Below, piece by piece: positions 52,692 to 63,671 of a stretch of DNA of 64,000 nucleotides (position 1 is its first letter; the number at the start of each line of letters is the position of its first letter). The position numbers and the translations under genes were made by a program. Under the pieces are notes generated by a model, which worked only from the letters and a program-made list of their open reading frames with translations, was not told the DNA's origin and did not search any database. The DNA comes from an uncultured Methanomassiliicoccales archaeon (GTDB lineage: Archaea; Thermoplasmatota; Thermoplasmata; Methanomassiliicoccales; UBA472). The stretch spans positions 1,120,001 through 1,184,000 of the forward strand of contig OY968769.1 in assembly GCA_963695345.1 (NCBI GenBank), in the 5' to 3' direction.

Positions 52692-53611
52692 ATGGCCAAT
52701 GAAAAGAACCTGGATATAATGGACCTTAAGCAGCTCAAGAGCGAGAAGAAGGATCTATACCAAGACCATGCTGATCGTCGGCATCGTCCTCGGGGTCCTT
52801 TTCCTGCTCATCGGCTTCCTTGACGCCATCGGCGGCCTCGAGACGCCATTGAACTGGATCGACTACGTGGCGCTTGGCCTGATGGGCGTTTCCGGACCAT
52901 ATGGTTTCTACACGACCTACAAGCACAAGAAGATCAGGAACATCGAGGCCCGTCTCCCGGACTTCCTCAGGGACGTGGCCGAAGCGGGCCGTTTCGGAAT
53001 GACCTTGGCCGAAGCCATCAAGGTCTCTTCGAGGGGCAGGTACGGACCGCTCACCCCGGAGATCCAGCGGATGGCCGCCCAGATCGAATGGGGCGTCCCA
53101 GCGGCGGAGGCGTTGAAGCTGTTCGCGGAACGGGTCGACACGCCCGCTGGTCAACCGGATGATATCGATCATCATCAAGGCCAACGATGCCGGCGGCAGC
53201 GTCGCCGACGTGCTTACCATGGTGGCCCACGATGCCCGCGAGAGCATGCTCGACCAGAGCGAGCGCAGCCTGGAGATGTCCACCTACACCGTGGTCATCT
53301 ACGTGGCGTTCGCCGTGTTCCTGGCCACCATATTCATCCTGAACGCCACCTTCCTGCCGAAGATGGCGGAGGCGGGGGCACAGGTTTCCGCGGGGGCGGC
53401 GGCGGCCGGCATCACCAACATGCCCGCCACCATCAAGACCGAGGTCATCCCGCAGATCCAGTTGATATTCGTCATATCGGTCGTCATCCACGCCTTCGGG
53501 GACGGCATTCTGGCGGGTGTGCTGCAGGACGGCCGGATCGCCAACGGGCTGAGGCATTCGTTCATCATGCTGCTGCTGGGTCTCCTCGGCACGAAACTGG
53601 GAGGCACCTGA
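52692..53611 (+). CDS. TadC/GspF-like pilus platform membrane protein 2; frameshifted
   Basis: IEARLPDFLRDVAE..RFGMTL, YGPLTPEI, KANDAGG, C-terminal TM segments GLRH. Confidence 0.85.
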
Positions 53612-53612
53612 G

Positions 53613-55340
53613 ATGGAAGCTTCAAGAAAGCCGATGGACGAGATCGACGAGGTCCTGAAGAAGAACCGGGAGCCCCGGGTCAAGCATGCCCCCAAGCAGG
53701 GATTGAGCAGCCGAGTACCTGGGTTTCCTGCTGAAGGTCAAGGGCCGGCCTATGAAGATCACTGCTTCCCTCCGAGACGAGAGCCCCGGCGGTCGAATCC
53801 GGAGTGATCACCGAGGTGCCGAAGATCGGGGAGCTGAACGTCGACGAGGTCGAGGTGACCCCGGTCTACAAACCGTACTCATTCGTCCGTATCAAGTTCG
53901 ACAACACCTCTTCGGAGTACATCTACGAGGTCATCGAGCCGCACCTCACCGAAGACGAGATGTACCTGCTGGACATGCTGAAGTCTTCCCTCATCGTAAC
54001 CCTGAACCTAACGATAAGGAAGACGCCCAAGGAGAAGTTGGAGATCCTGCGCAAGGCGACCGACGAGCTCCTCCGGGTATTTGACGTCAGTCCGAACGCG
54101 CTTTCCAAGGAGCGCATCCTGTACTATCTGCGCCGCGACTTCATCGGTTATGGCGCCATCGACGTGATGATGCATGGACCCGAACGTCGAGGACTGCTCC
54201 TGTGACGGGGTCAACATCCCGCTCTACATATTCCACCGCAAGTACGGGTCCATCAAGTCCAACGTCAAGTTCGAGAAGGAGGAGGAACTGGACTCGTTCG
54301 TGGTCTGGCTGGCACAGAAGTGCGGGAAGCACATCTCGGTGGCCAACCCGATGCTGGATGCCACCATCCCGGACGGTTCCAGGCTGAACGCGACCCTCGG
54401 CATGCACGTCACCAAGAGAGGTTCGTCGTTCACCATCAGGCGGTTCAAGGAGAACCCGTTCACGCCCATCGACCTGCTCAAGTTCAAGACCATGAGCACG
54501 GAGATGATGGCCTACCTGTGGATATCCACCGAGTTCGGCTCGTCGATGCTGGTGTGCGGAGGTACCGCCTCCGGAAAGACCACCACGCTCAACGCCGTCC
54601 TGCTCTTCATCCCGCCGCAGAAGAAGATCATCAGCATCGAGGACACCAGGGAGCTGAACCTGCCGCACGAGAACTGGATCCCCGGCCTGACCAGGGAGGG
54701 TTTCGGCGGCAAGAAGGCGAACAGCACCGGTTCCGTCGACATGTTCGACCTTCTGACCGCGGCGCTCAGGCAGCGCCCCGATTACCTGATGGTCGGTGAG
54801 GTGAGGGGCAAGGAAGCGTATGTGGTCTTCCAGGCCATGGCCACCGGCAAGACATCCTACTCCACTTTCCACGCCGAGGACGTCCAGGCGATGGTGCACA
54901 GGATGGAGAACGACCCGATCAACCTGCCCCGGGCGCTCATGACCGCTTTGGACATCGTCATGCTGCAGGCCCAGGTCAAGGTCGGCACCAAGATGACCAG
55001 GAGGGTCAAGTCATTGACCGAGATAGTCGGCATGGACGCCGAGACCGGAGAGCTCATCACCAACGCCGTCTTCAGCTGGAACCCGGCCGATGACACGTTC
55101 AACTACTCCGGCCACTCGTACATCTTCGAGAAGGTCAGGACGATCAAGTCCTGGTCCCCCAGGGAGATGGAGCGCGAGGTGAAGCGCCGGGTCGAGATAC
55201 TGGAGTTCATGAAGAAGACCGGTGTCGACAACTACAAGCAGGTGGCCCGGATCATCTCGGCATACTACAAGAGCCCGGAACGCGCCATAAAAGAGATCCG
55301 GGACAAGATGACGGCCACACAACTGGCCCCTCCCCAGTGA
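53613..55340 (+). CDS. Type IV pilus / type II secretion assembly ATPase 2; frameshifted
   Basis: VEDCSCDG, FTIRRF, GGTASGKTT, EDTRE, LRQRPDYLMVGEVRG, MATGK..STFHA. Confidence 0.9.
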
Positions 55341-55362
55341 CCGGACGGTCCTGGGGTCGAGC

Positions 55363-55388
55363 TCTATTTTTTTACTCTCTTTTACTTC
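55363..55388 (+). terminator. Oligo-T terminator of the pilus operon
   Basis: TCTATTTTTTTACTCTCTTTTACTTC about 25 nt after the stop codon. Confidence 0.55.
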
Positions 55389-55786
55389 GTATGGGTGAAT
55401 GGATTCCATTTGGGTTAGTTCGGGAAGGCCCCTCCTCCCAAAAGAATATGCTTTGAATCAAGGTATTTGTTGTTATTGAGCAGTACTGGATGCCTCAAAT
55501 AAGGACTAGCTTATGATAAATCGAATCAGAAATATTCGAAGGCATTCCTGCATCTTCGATCATGAAAGACAAGATTTCACCCCACTAACTGAAGAGAGCC
55601 TCTTTTTTTCAACCCGATGATGCGGCCTGAGATCAGCTCGGCTTTGGTATGTGAAACGGACCGCGGCTGCGCAAAAGACCGGCGGGTATGGTCTTTCGGT
55701 CATCGAAGGAACGAAACCGCTGCCTCTGAAGGGTGAAGATCGGAGAAATGGGGAAAGGGGTTTGTCTAAATGGTTTGGAAGCGGGA

Positions 55787-58700
55787 TCACTCTTTCTTCT
55801 GACCCTCTTGCGCGTTGTCCTGGAAGCGCTCCGCCGGGTCCTGTTCCTTCACGACCTTCTTGGGGACCATCTTGCGTTCCGAAGAGCGCTTGACGATCTT
55901 GCGGAACGGCTTGGCCTGCTCCCCGGTCTCGGCGGCCTGCGCCGTTTCCGGGACCCGGTCGAACACCGTGCCGCACTTGGAACAGATGGGCGCTCCTTTC
56001 GGGTTGAGGGTACCGCAAGCCGGGCAGGGCACGGAACTAACCTTCCGGTCCTCCTCCTGCTTGGCCACCCAGACCTCGAAGGTCATGTACGCCGGCTCGG
56101 TCCTGAGCCAGTCCATGAACTTGTCCTCGGAGTACTTCTTGCCCAGTGCGGCCTTGGCCTGCTCCCGGAACCCGTTGACGTACTCGTCGTACTGCATTCT
56201 CATGGACGACATGTAGGCATCTTCGGAGATGTCCTCCATCGGCTCGGTCATGAACTTCGCCCCGCACTCCGGGCACTCCTTTGACCTGGACGGAATCCAG
56301 GTGCCGCACTCGGAGCATTTTGCCGTGTCCGTCTCGAACTCGGTGCCGCACCGCGGGCAGCGTTTCGAGCTCTCCGGGATCAACGAGCCGCATTCGCCGC
56401 ACTCCACCATCTTTCCCAGTCCGTACTTGTACAGGTATACCGAGAAGATCAGGATGATGGCCACGACGATGATCGCGATGAGGATGAATATCCACAGCGG
56501 TACCGACTGCGGCTTGAATATCTCCACGATGTTGATCGGGATGGCGTTCGAATAGGTCGCGCCGGAGTTCAGCGTCACGCTCACCGAGTGACTGCCGGAA
56601 CGGTCCGTGGGCACGAATATGTAGCTGGTGTACGCCCCGCTGGTGTCGGTCCTGGTGGACATCGCCGTACCCACTGGCAGACCGGCGGAGTCAAGCAGCC
56701 TGATCGTGATCGACTGGTTGGCCAGGGCGTAGCTTCCATCGACGTTGGTGATCGACTCCGGTCACCAGTATCGATTCGCCCGGCTGGAAGTCGGTCTTGG
56801 TCCCTACGCTGATGAGGATGCGCGGGTTCGGAATGTTCACGGTGAACGTCCGGCTGTCGATGTTGTTGGTGTAGTTTGACTCCTCGATCACGTGACGGGA
56901 GTTCATCTCCACGAACAGGGTGTAGACGCCGGAGGTGACGTTCACCACCCAGGGGAACGTTATCTGGACCGACGCACCGCCGGCCAGGTCCCTGGTCATG
57001 CTCATCAGGTAGTGGTTGAAGTTGTCGCTGTCCCTTACGTAAATGTCTAGGACGGCCCCGTTCGCCGGCTTCAGACCCTCGTTGGCCATGGTGAACGAGA
57101 TGTCAATGGACTGACCCTGGACCGCCTGGGAGGTCGAGTTGCCTCCGCTGGACGGTTTGACCGTTACCCCGGAGGGGTACCAAAGGTCCGCCCGGTTGTC
57201 TATCACCAGGAGCGAACTGGAAATGATGTTGTTCTCATAGGTCGTCTCGATGATCGGGGTGTCGTTGCCGTGGGTGAAGGGGTTGACCTCCACGGTGATC
57301 ATGCGGCTCTGGTTGCGGCCCGATCCCTGTATGGCGCTGGCGATCCAGGCCATCTGAATATCGGTCGTCGCGCCTGAGTTAATGCTCGGGACCACCACAT
57401 CACCGATCTTGGTGCCGGTGCTGGTCGTTCCCAGCCAGAAGCGCACGATGAAGTTGGACGCCACGAACTCGCCGGTGTTCATCACGGTCGCGCTCAGTGT
57501 CACGGAATCACCGATGAACACCTGGGTCACGACCGATCCGGAACTGGTCAGTTTGAACTGGAGGTTCGTGGCCACCAGGTCCGGGTAGTTCAGGACCTTG
57601 ACGACGACACCTGCCTTGTTGTTGCCCTTGGACGCTTCCAGGAGGGTGTTGTTCTCATCTATCACGACGGTTATGTTGTGATCGCCGGGCAGCATGTGCT
57701 GCCAGGTCGCAAAGGCGAACCCTGTCTGACCGCTCCTTATCGCGGGCAGCGTGAAGTTGCCGATGGATATCCATAGGCCATGGAACACATCGTAGAAGCG
57801 TATCACCGCGGTGTGCTCCATGTTGTCCCCGCTGTTCACTATGTCAGCCCGTATGGACACGGTGGAGTTGGTCTCTATGATGGCCGGGTTGAACGAGATC
57901 TGACCGGGGAGGATGCTCAGGTCCGGGACACCCTGCACCGACACTATTGTCTGATTCCAGTTGTTGGTGCGGTTCAGCTGCGGAATGGCAGCGAACGGGT
58001 CGACGGTAACGTTCAGGGTATGGTTGCCTACTGGATAGGCGGCGGTCCAAAGGACGGTCAGGTTGGTGTGCTCTCCCGGCGCGATGGCTGTGAGTATGCG
58101 GTCGGCCACTATTGCGTCCGTGGTCACGTCCTTGAAGCGGACCAGCACATTGTAGGCAGTGACCACTCCGGTGTTGGTGATGTTGGCCGTGAGGCCCACC
58201 ACTACGCCCCTGGCGGGGCTGTAATCAGACGCCCAGAAGGGCGGGTCAAGTTCGGGCAGCGCCCCAAGGATGTTCACATTGGTGGCGATGTCGCTCTTGG
58301 CGATCCCTGTTCCATTGTTGATCAACCCGTCAGGAACGACCTGGGTATACCGGCCGTTGATGGCTCCGGTGCTGTCATACCGGACGCCGTGGAACCAGTA
58401 GGTCGCGTTGACACGGTAGTTATCGTTGAAATGTGACCCGCCGTAAGGGGTGATCCAGTCGGACAGGAGCGAGAAAGTGGCCTTTCCGTCCGCACCGGTC
58501 ACGCCCGTTGCGTAGAGAACTCCGGTCGACCGGTCGACCTCTACGAAGGCATCGGATATTCCATGGACCAGTGTCCCGTCCATGACGGTCACTGTCAACA
58601 GGCGGTAGCTCCAAGCCCTTGCCTCATCCTGGAGATGCAATGCTGGAAGAGATACGCTGGTCAGTACCGCTGTCGCCTGACCTCCGAAGTTGGTGATACC

Positions 58701-61414
58701 AACGAGGAAGGTGACATTGGTGGCGGTCAGGTTTCCGTACGAGGAGGACGGGGCGGAGATGTTCGACGCCACGAAGTTGCTGTCGGACAGCGTTGCCTTT
58801 GAGTGGCCATCGATATTGATGCTGACGACCCCTGGCAGAACGGATCCGTTGCTGGCCGATAGAACCGCGTTTTCCGTAAGGAAGATCGTTGTCGGGTTGT
58901 TAGATGTTATCCTGCCGGATACTATCTCTATAGAACCGGACCCAGAAACGGTTATCTTGAATTGGTTCGGATAATCGTTTATTAGGTTCAGTATGCCCGA
59001 TGAAATGACTAGTCTGGCATTGTCCCTGACCTCTATGTCGCCCTTGATCTGGTAGGGAGTGCTCCCACTGATCGACATCACCTGTGTGCCTGAAAGGACG
59101 ACCGGACCATAGACGACGGACAAAGTCGGGAACGTCACGGTCCTGGCGTCGACGTTGTTGGCCATGTCGGGGAAGTGCCTGAAGTTGGTCGAAATTCCCC
59201 CGTTGCCGTCGTCCAGCTCGTAAAGGACATGGTTAAGGGTACGGTACTTGAAGACCAGGTTGTAGTCGAATGCCTTACCGTTCCTCATGTTAGAGCTGTT
59301 CAGCACATCGCTGAGCAGGGGCAACTTGACGGTTCCGTTGGCGGCCGTCCTGTTGAAGTTTGATGCGGTCTTGCCGAGGTAGTTGAGGATCGCCTGGGGC
59401 GGGGTCGAAACCGTACCGGTTTGATCTAGATAATGGGAAGCGAGACCGCTTCCGATGTTGCTGGACGTGACACCGACGTTTCCGACAGGTATTTGTTGGT
59501 TGTCGGTTACTTCAAGCGAGACCCAGCGGTAGAGTGCGACGGTCGGTTGTGTTCTGAATATTCAGATAAAGTCGATCAAAATGGATTGTCGCCCCACCGG
59601 CATGTGTAAAAGACGAATGTAAGTGTCTTCAATTTTTCAATGGAATTGACATCGTTTGCATATAAATCGAAGGTCCGATGGTTGTTTGACCGGGATCTAA
59701 GTGACGGTCTTAGAATGTTGGTGTTTCTTAATGTAGACACCATCAAAACTGAATACTGAATATAGTTCGTTTGAGAGTATCCAGATTTCTGTAAAGTATA
59801 CAAATGATACGGTTAGACTCTTGATTGATCCAGTCAACTCTCCAAGATTGAACTGACGACGTTCATTGTTTGTCCGATCGTCACATCATAATAGAAGAGA
59901 GTCGCCCTGTAGCATATAGTCCAATTACATTCTGTCCAGTTGTGTCATTCGTTCCGATTTGCTGACAATTACCTTGGCCAAGATTCTTAGTCTTGAAGAC
60001 ATTGGTGCCGAAGTATCCGCCAGTGCTGTTCTGGACGGTCAGACCGTACAGGTTGGCGATCGACTGGTCCAATGCGACCAGTTTGTGATAGGCGCCTTTT
60101 GTCGCATCGGTCCCGTTGTTCTCGTTGATGTTGTTCAGCGGGATGAATGAGTCAGCGACCACCAGGTTCGTCGATCCGCCGATGGTGATGTTGCGGTAGG
60201 TCGACAGCTTCATGTCGATCGTGACCCAGATCCGGTCGATGTACACGTTGCCGGCCTTGGAGTTGGTGTAGTTCAAGGTGAGCTTGCTCAGGCTCTGAGC
60301 GGACATGCTCGGCAACGTATAATCCTTGGTTATGTTGACATTGGTCCCGGAAGGATTGCTGGCCTGATAGGTCGGAGTGGTTTCCATGTTGGTGTCGACG
60401 GCAGCTCCGAACTGCGGTGTGTAGTATAGCGAATCGTGCGTGCCGGCGATCGGCGCGCTGGTGCTGGTCTTGTAGCTGACGTGCAGGATGATGCTCGTTA
60501 TGTCAGCCGCCTCGAACACCAATCCGCCCATGTCGAAACCGGTCGTGTAAATCTTCTGTGTGGTCGCCACGGTCACGTTCAAGGTGTCGTTCATCGTCAT
60601 GGACAGCGCCTGCTGGCCGGCAGCCACCGTGCTGAGCGGTCCGAACACGGCGTTGACATCCCTCTCCAGGTAATAGTCCACGATCTGTCGGGCCTTCGTG
60701 TCCTTGGCGAACTGGTAATTGTTATTGTAGGGACCCGGCGTCGCGATAGCGGAGTTGTACGTGCCGTTATCGTACATGTTCAGGACCCGGGAGCCGATCA
60801 TCGTCACATCGCTGGACATGAACAGCATGACCGGAGAGCTGCTGAACGCCTTGGTCGGGAAATAGGTAGAATTGTATACGGTCGTCAAACCGGAAACGGT
60901 GGAATCGATGAGCGAGAACCTTGAATCATCGACCAGAAGGTGTCCCGAGAACGATATGTTGGACGTCCTTGATTCCAGGTATCCGCCGTGCCTGACCACA
61001 ACCCCAAGTGCTGGAATGAGGTTGCCGCCCAGTACATCGACGGTCAATGTCGAATTGTCAAGGATCAGTATCCCGCCGTCCTCGATGGTCAGCGATAGCG
61101 CCTTGACGCCCGCCCCGACCGGGGTGCTTCCTGAATAGGTAGAACGGAATACTATGGTAGAATTGACGATCTCGACCATTCCGCCACGCCCTGATCGTCA
61201 GGTTCCCGTCGAACGGGAACGAGCCCTGGTTATGCACGGTCAGGTTCTTGGAATATCCTGTTCCTATGATCATGTCCCCATTCGGGATCTCTCCCTGGGC
61301 GGACACCCCCACCTCGGGGACGGCAATGAGCATTACCCCAAGGAAAGACGAGATCACCATGCACCAAACGATTGCGAAGCTAACAAGCTTGTTGAATCCA
61401 GCACCCTGCCTCAT
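55787..61414 (-). CDS. Giant single-pass surface protein (~1,870 aa): signal peptide, beta-helix-like region, about 4 CARDB domains, TM helix, cytoplasmic zinc ribbons; multiple frameshifts
   Basis: Joined ORFs 61058-61414, 59881-61179, 56691-59324 and 55787-56674; CARDB motifs (PDL...NxG...VD..N.I.E....NN), TM VPLWIFILIAIIVVAIILIF, six CxxC pairs. Confidence 0.8.
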
Positions 61415-61439
61415 TATAACACCTGATTGACGACCATTG

Positions 61440-61471
61440 GTATTTTGGAAAATACTGTTTGAGTCTATAAA
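61440..61471 (-). promoter_or_regulatory. TATA box plus palindromic operator-like site of the giant surface gene
   Basis: TTTATAG (61465-61471, minus strand) and GTATTTT-GG-AAAATAC (61440-61455). Confidence 0.5.
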
Positions 61472-61602
61472 TAGATGGTTACTTCTATCACACTTTGAAA
61501 CTTGCGTGGCCTACTTTTTGCCTACTGGCCATATATGAAAAAACTAATTATCATTATGCGCAAAAAGGGAGCATAAAAATAAGGATAGGGAGGGGGCCGC
61601 CC

Positions 61603-62781
61603 TCACTTCCTCTTGATTATCTTCCGTATCGAAACGGAGCGCTTCACTTCCGATTTCCTATCGTCTTCCTGCTCCTTGTGCTTCTCTTCCTCGACCGGCT
61701 CTTCCTCGACGTGCTTCTCTTCCTCGACCGGCTCCTCTTTCGGTTTCGGCTTTGGTTCTTCCTTCTTCGGTTCCGCCCGGCGGGAATCGGTCTTCTTGGG
61801 GGCTTCGACCAGCTTGCCGTCCTTGAGCTTGGCGTCGCAGGCCCAGCAGCGTTCTGACTTGGAATCGATCATGGTCCCGCAGTTGGGGCACTCGAACTCT
61901 TCCCTCTTCTCCTCGGCCGGTTCTTCCTCGGCGATCTCCTCTTCCTCGGCCGATTCCTCTTCCTCGGCCTCGGGTTCTTCGATCGGGGCCGGGATGGATC
62001 TCATATTGGGGGAATCCTCTTCGACACTGGCCTCCATCTTGGCGGCGTTGTCCTCTTCCATTATCTCCTCGGGCTTGGCCTCATCGAAGGCTGGCTCGGG
62101 GACATGTGATCTGGCCGCGGTCTTGGCCCGGCGGCCTTCCATCGCTTCCCTTTGGGTAAGGGCCTTCTCCCTCTCTCCCAGGGTGCGCTCCCATTCCACG
62201 AAACGCTTCTGCTCCTCCAGCATCAGCTTCTTGCTGTTGGCGAGAAGGTCGGCCTGCTCTTCCACGACCTTGATCTTGGCGAGGAGCTCCTCCCTCTTCG
62301 CGCTCAGGGATTCGACCATCTTCTTCAGGTCCGACTCGCCGGCGAGCATGCGCTCCTCCATCTTGGCGGCGCGCTCACCGGAATCGCGGAGCCGCTTCTC
62401 GTAACCGGACGTGAGCTCGGTCAGGCGGAGCAGTTCCGACTCCTGTCTGGCGATCTCGCTCCTGACGCCGATCCAGGGTCTCCCGGCTGGCCTGGATGTC
62501 GTCCTCTCTGCTCTGGAGGTCGGCCTGCAGCCGGTTCAGATCGTCCTGGAACTTGGTTACCCGGTGCTCCCGGGGGGCAAGCTCTGACTCGCGCTTCTTG
62601 ATCTCGGACTCCTTCCTCCCGAGATCGCCCTCGCGGTCGGCCAGCTCACGCTCGTCGGCGCGCAGTCTGGTCTCCGAGCGTCGAGGTCCTCGCGACGCTT
62701 CTTGAGGTCGGCCTCTTGGGTCTTGATCTTGTCCTTGAACTCTTCTATGACCTGCCAGATCGGTACTGAATCGTCTGCCAT
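61603..62781 (-). CDS. Coiled-coil / acidic linker / zinc-ribbon protein; frameshifted in the 5' part
   Basis: MADDSVPIWQVIEEFK..., coiled coil, E-rich linker, CPNC..CWAC, C-terminal IRKIIKRK. Confidence 0.8.
61678..61737. repeat. 33-bp tandem repeat (about 1.8 copies) inside the CDS
   Basis: GTGCTTCTCTTCCTCGACCGGCTC repeated at a 33-nt period; encodes EEPVEEEKH twice. Confidence 0.85.
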
Positions 62782-62806
62782 TGATATTCCCCGCATTTGA
62801 ACATTT

Positions 62807-63508
62807 CTAGGCCAGTGTCGGCCCTAGTATAGTAAGCCCGTGATCGCCCACTTCCATGGTGTGGCGTTCCATCGAGTGCTCCGTGGCCCTCATCTTCTCG
62901 ACCCGCATGTACCGCACCAGCTTGCCGCGGGTACGGTCGAGCCCGAGCTCGATTATGCCATCCACCAGGAACCCTTCGTTCCCGAGCAGGTCGGAAGGCG
63001 CCCCGGGATTCCGTTCCATGACGATGAACGACATGAGATTGTAGTCCCTCAGCGTCTTGAAGAAGTAGAACATCTTCTTGCGCATCCCCTTCACGTCGTC
63101 CATCAATGAATACAACGCCCCCAGGGAGTCTAGGCTGAACACGGTGAACCGGTCTCCGTGCTTCTTCTTGTAATACCCGATGGTCTGGATGATGAATTGG
63201 AGATAGTCGGTGGGCGAATCGACCTCTACGATCTCGTCCAGCTCCCGGAGGTCCGTGAAGTCGGATATCTCCAGGTTCGATGTCAGCTTTAGGTTCAAAG
63301 ACCTCATGTTCCTGATGTGGCTGTCCGCGGTTTCCTCCAGCGTGACATACAGCCCGAACTCGTTGGTCTTGTCCAGATATGATGACATCATCGAGTAGCA
63401 GAAGGAGGTCTTCATGGATCCTGGGGGGCCGGTGATGAGAACCACCTTGGGGACCTCGATGTCCGTCCTGAATACCTTGTCCAAACCTTGAATGGAATTC
63501 CTGAACAC
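62807..63508 (-). CDS. KaiC/RAD55 family ATPase (single domain)
   Basis: IQGLDKV, Walker A GPPGSMKT, YVTLEE, Walker B FSLDS, FLVDGIIEL, EKMRATEH. Confidence 0.92.
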   Translation of the reverse strand: MFRNSIQGLDKVFRTDIEVPKVVLITGPPGSMKTSFCYSMMSSYLDKTNEFGLYVTLEETADSHIRNMRSLNLKLTSNLEISDFTDLRELDEIVEVDSPTDYLQFIIQTIGYYKKKHGDRFTVFSLDSLGALYSLMDDVKGMRKKMFYFFKTLRDYNLMSFIVMERNPGAPSDLLGNEGFLVDGIIELGLDRTRGKLVRYMRVEKMRATEHSMERHTMEVGDHGLTILGPTLA

Positions 63509-63550
63509 TTTATCGACCGCCCGGATTACCTCATTTTATCGGCGGTCAGG

Positions 63551-63564
63551 TAATAAACCTTTTC
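63551..63564 (-). promoter_or_regulatory. BRE/TATA promoter of the RAD55 ATPase gene
   Basis: GAAAAGGTTTATTA on the minus strand about 45 nt upstream of the start. Confidence 0.55.
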
Positions 63565-63671
63565 TGGCTGGGCACCACTCTATGATAATTTTGAATGTTC
63601 CCTCCGATGCATAGAGCTGGCTTGGTTTGAAAATGGGTTTGGGGAAGGCCCCGGAAGGGACCTGAAACGGG

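Noticed and set aside
48902-55340. Archaellum (arl/fla) operon
   Set aside because: No archaellin or ArlF/G-like genes, and the platform is split into two TadC-like genes; this fits a type IV pilus better
59550-60000. Intron, IS insertion or DGR variable repeat in the giant gene
   Set aside because: The segment reads as the same type of protein domain; no terminal repeats, transposase, reverse transcriptase or template repeat is visible in the window
61678-61737. CRISPR-like 33-bp repeat
   Set aside because: Under two copies, no spacer, and in frame within an acidic linker
14920-62781. Dozens of frameshifts in conserved genes, considered as programmed frameshifting, RNA editing or mass pseudogenisation
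   Set aside because: The cases checked (kinase, lhr, rlmE, both pilus ATPases, Ehr large subunit) are single-base insertions without a shared slippery motif. Flanking motifs are undamaged and the errors cluster regionally, which fits long-read consensus error. Read-level polishing would decide.
46120-63508. Circadian KaiABC clock
   Set aside because: Both proteins have a single KaiC-like domain and no kaiA/kaiB is present
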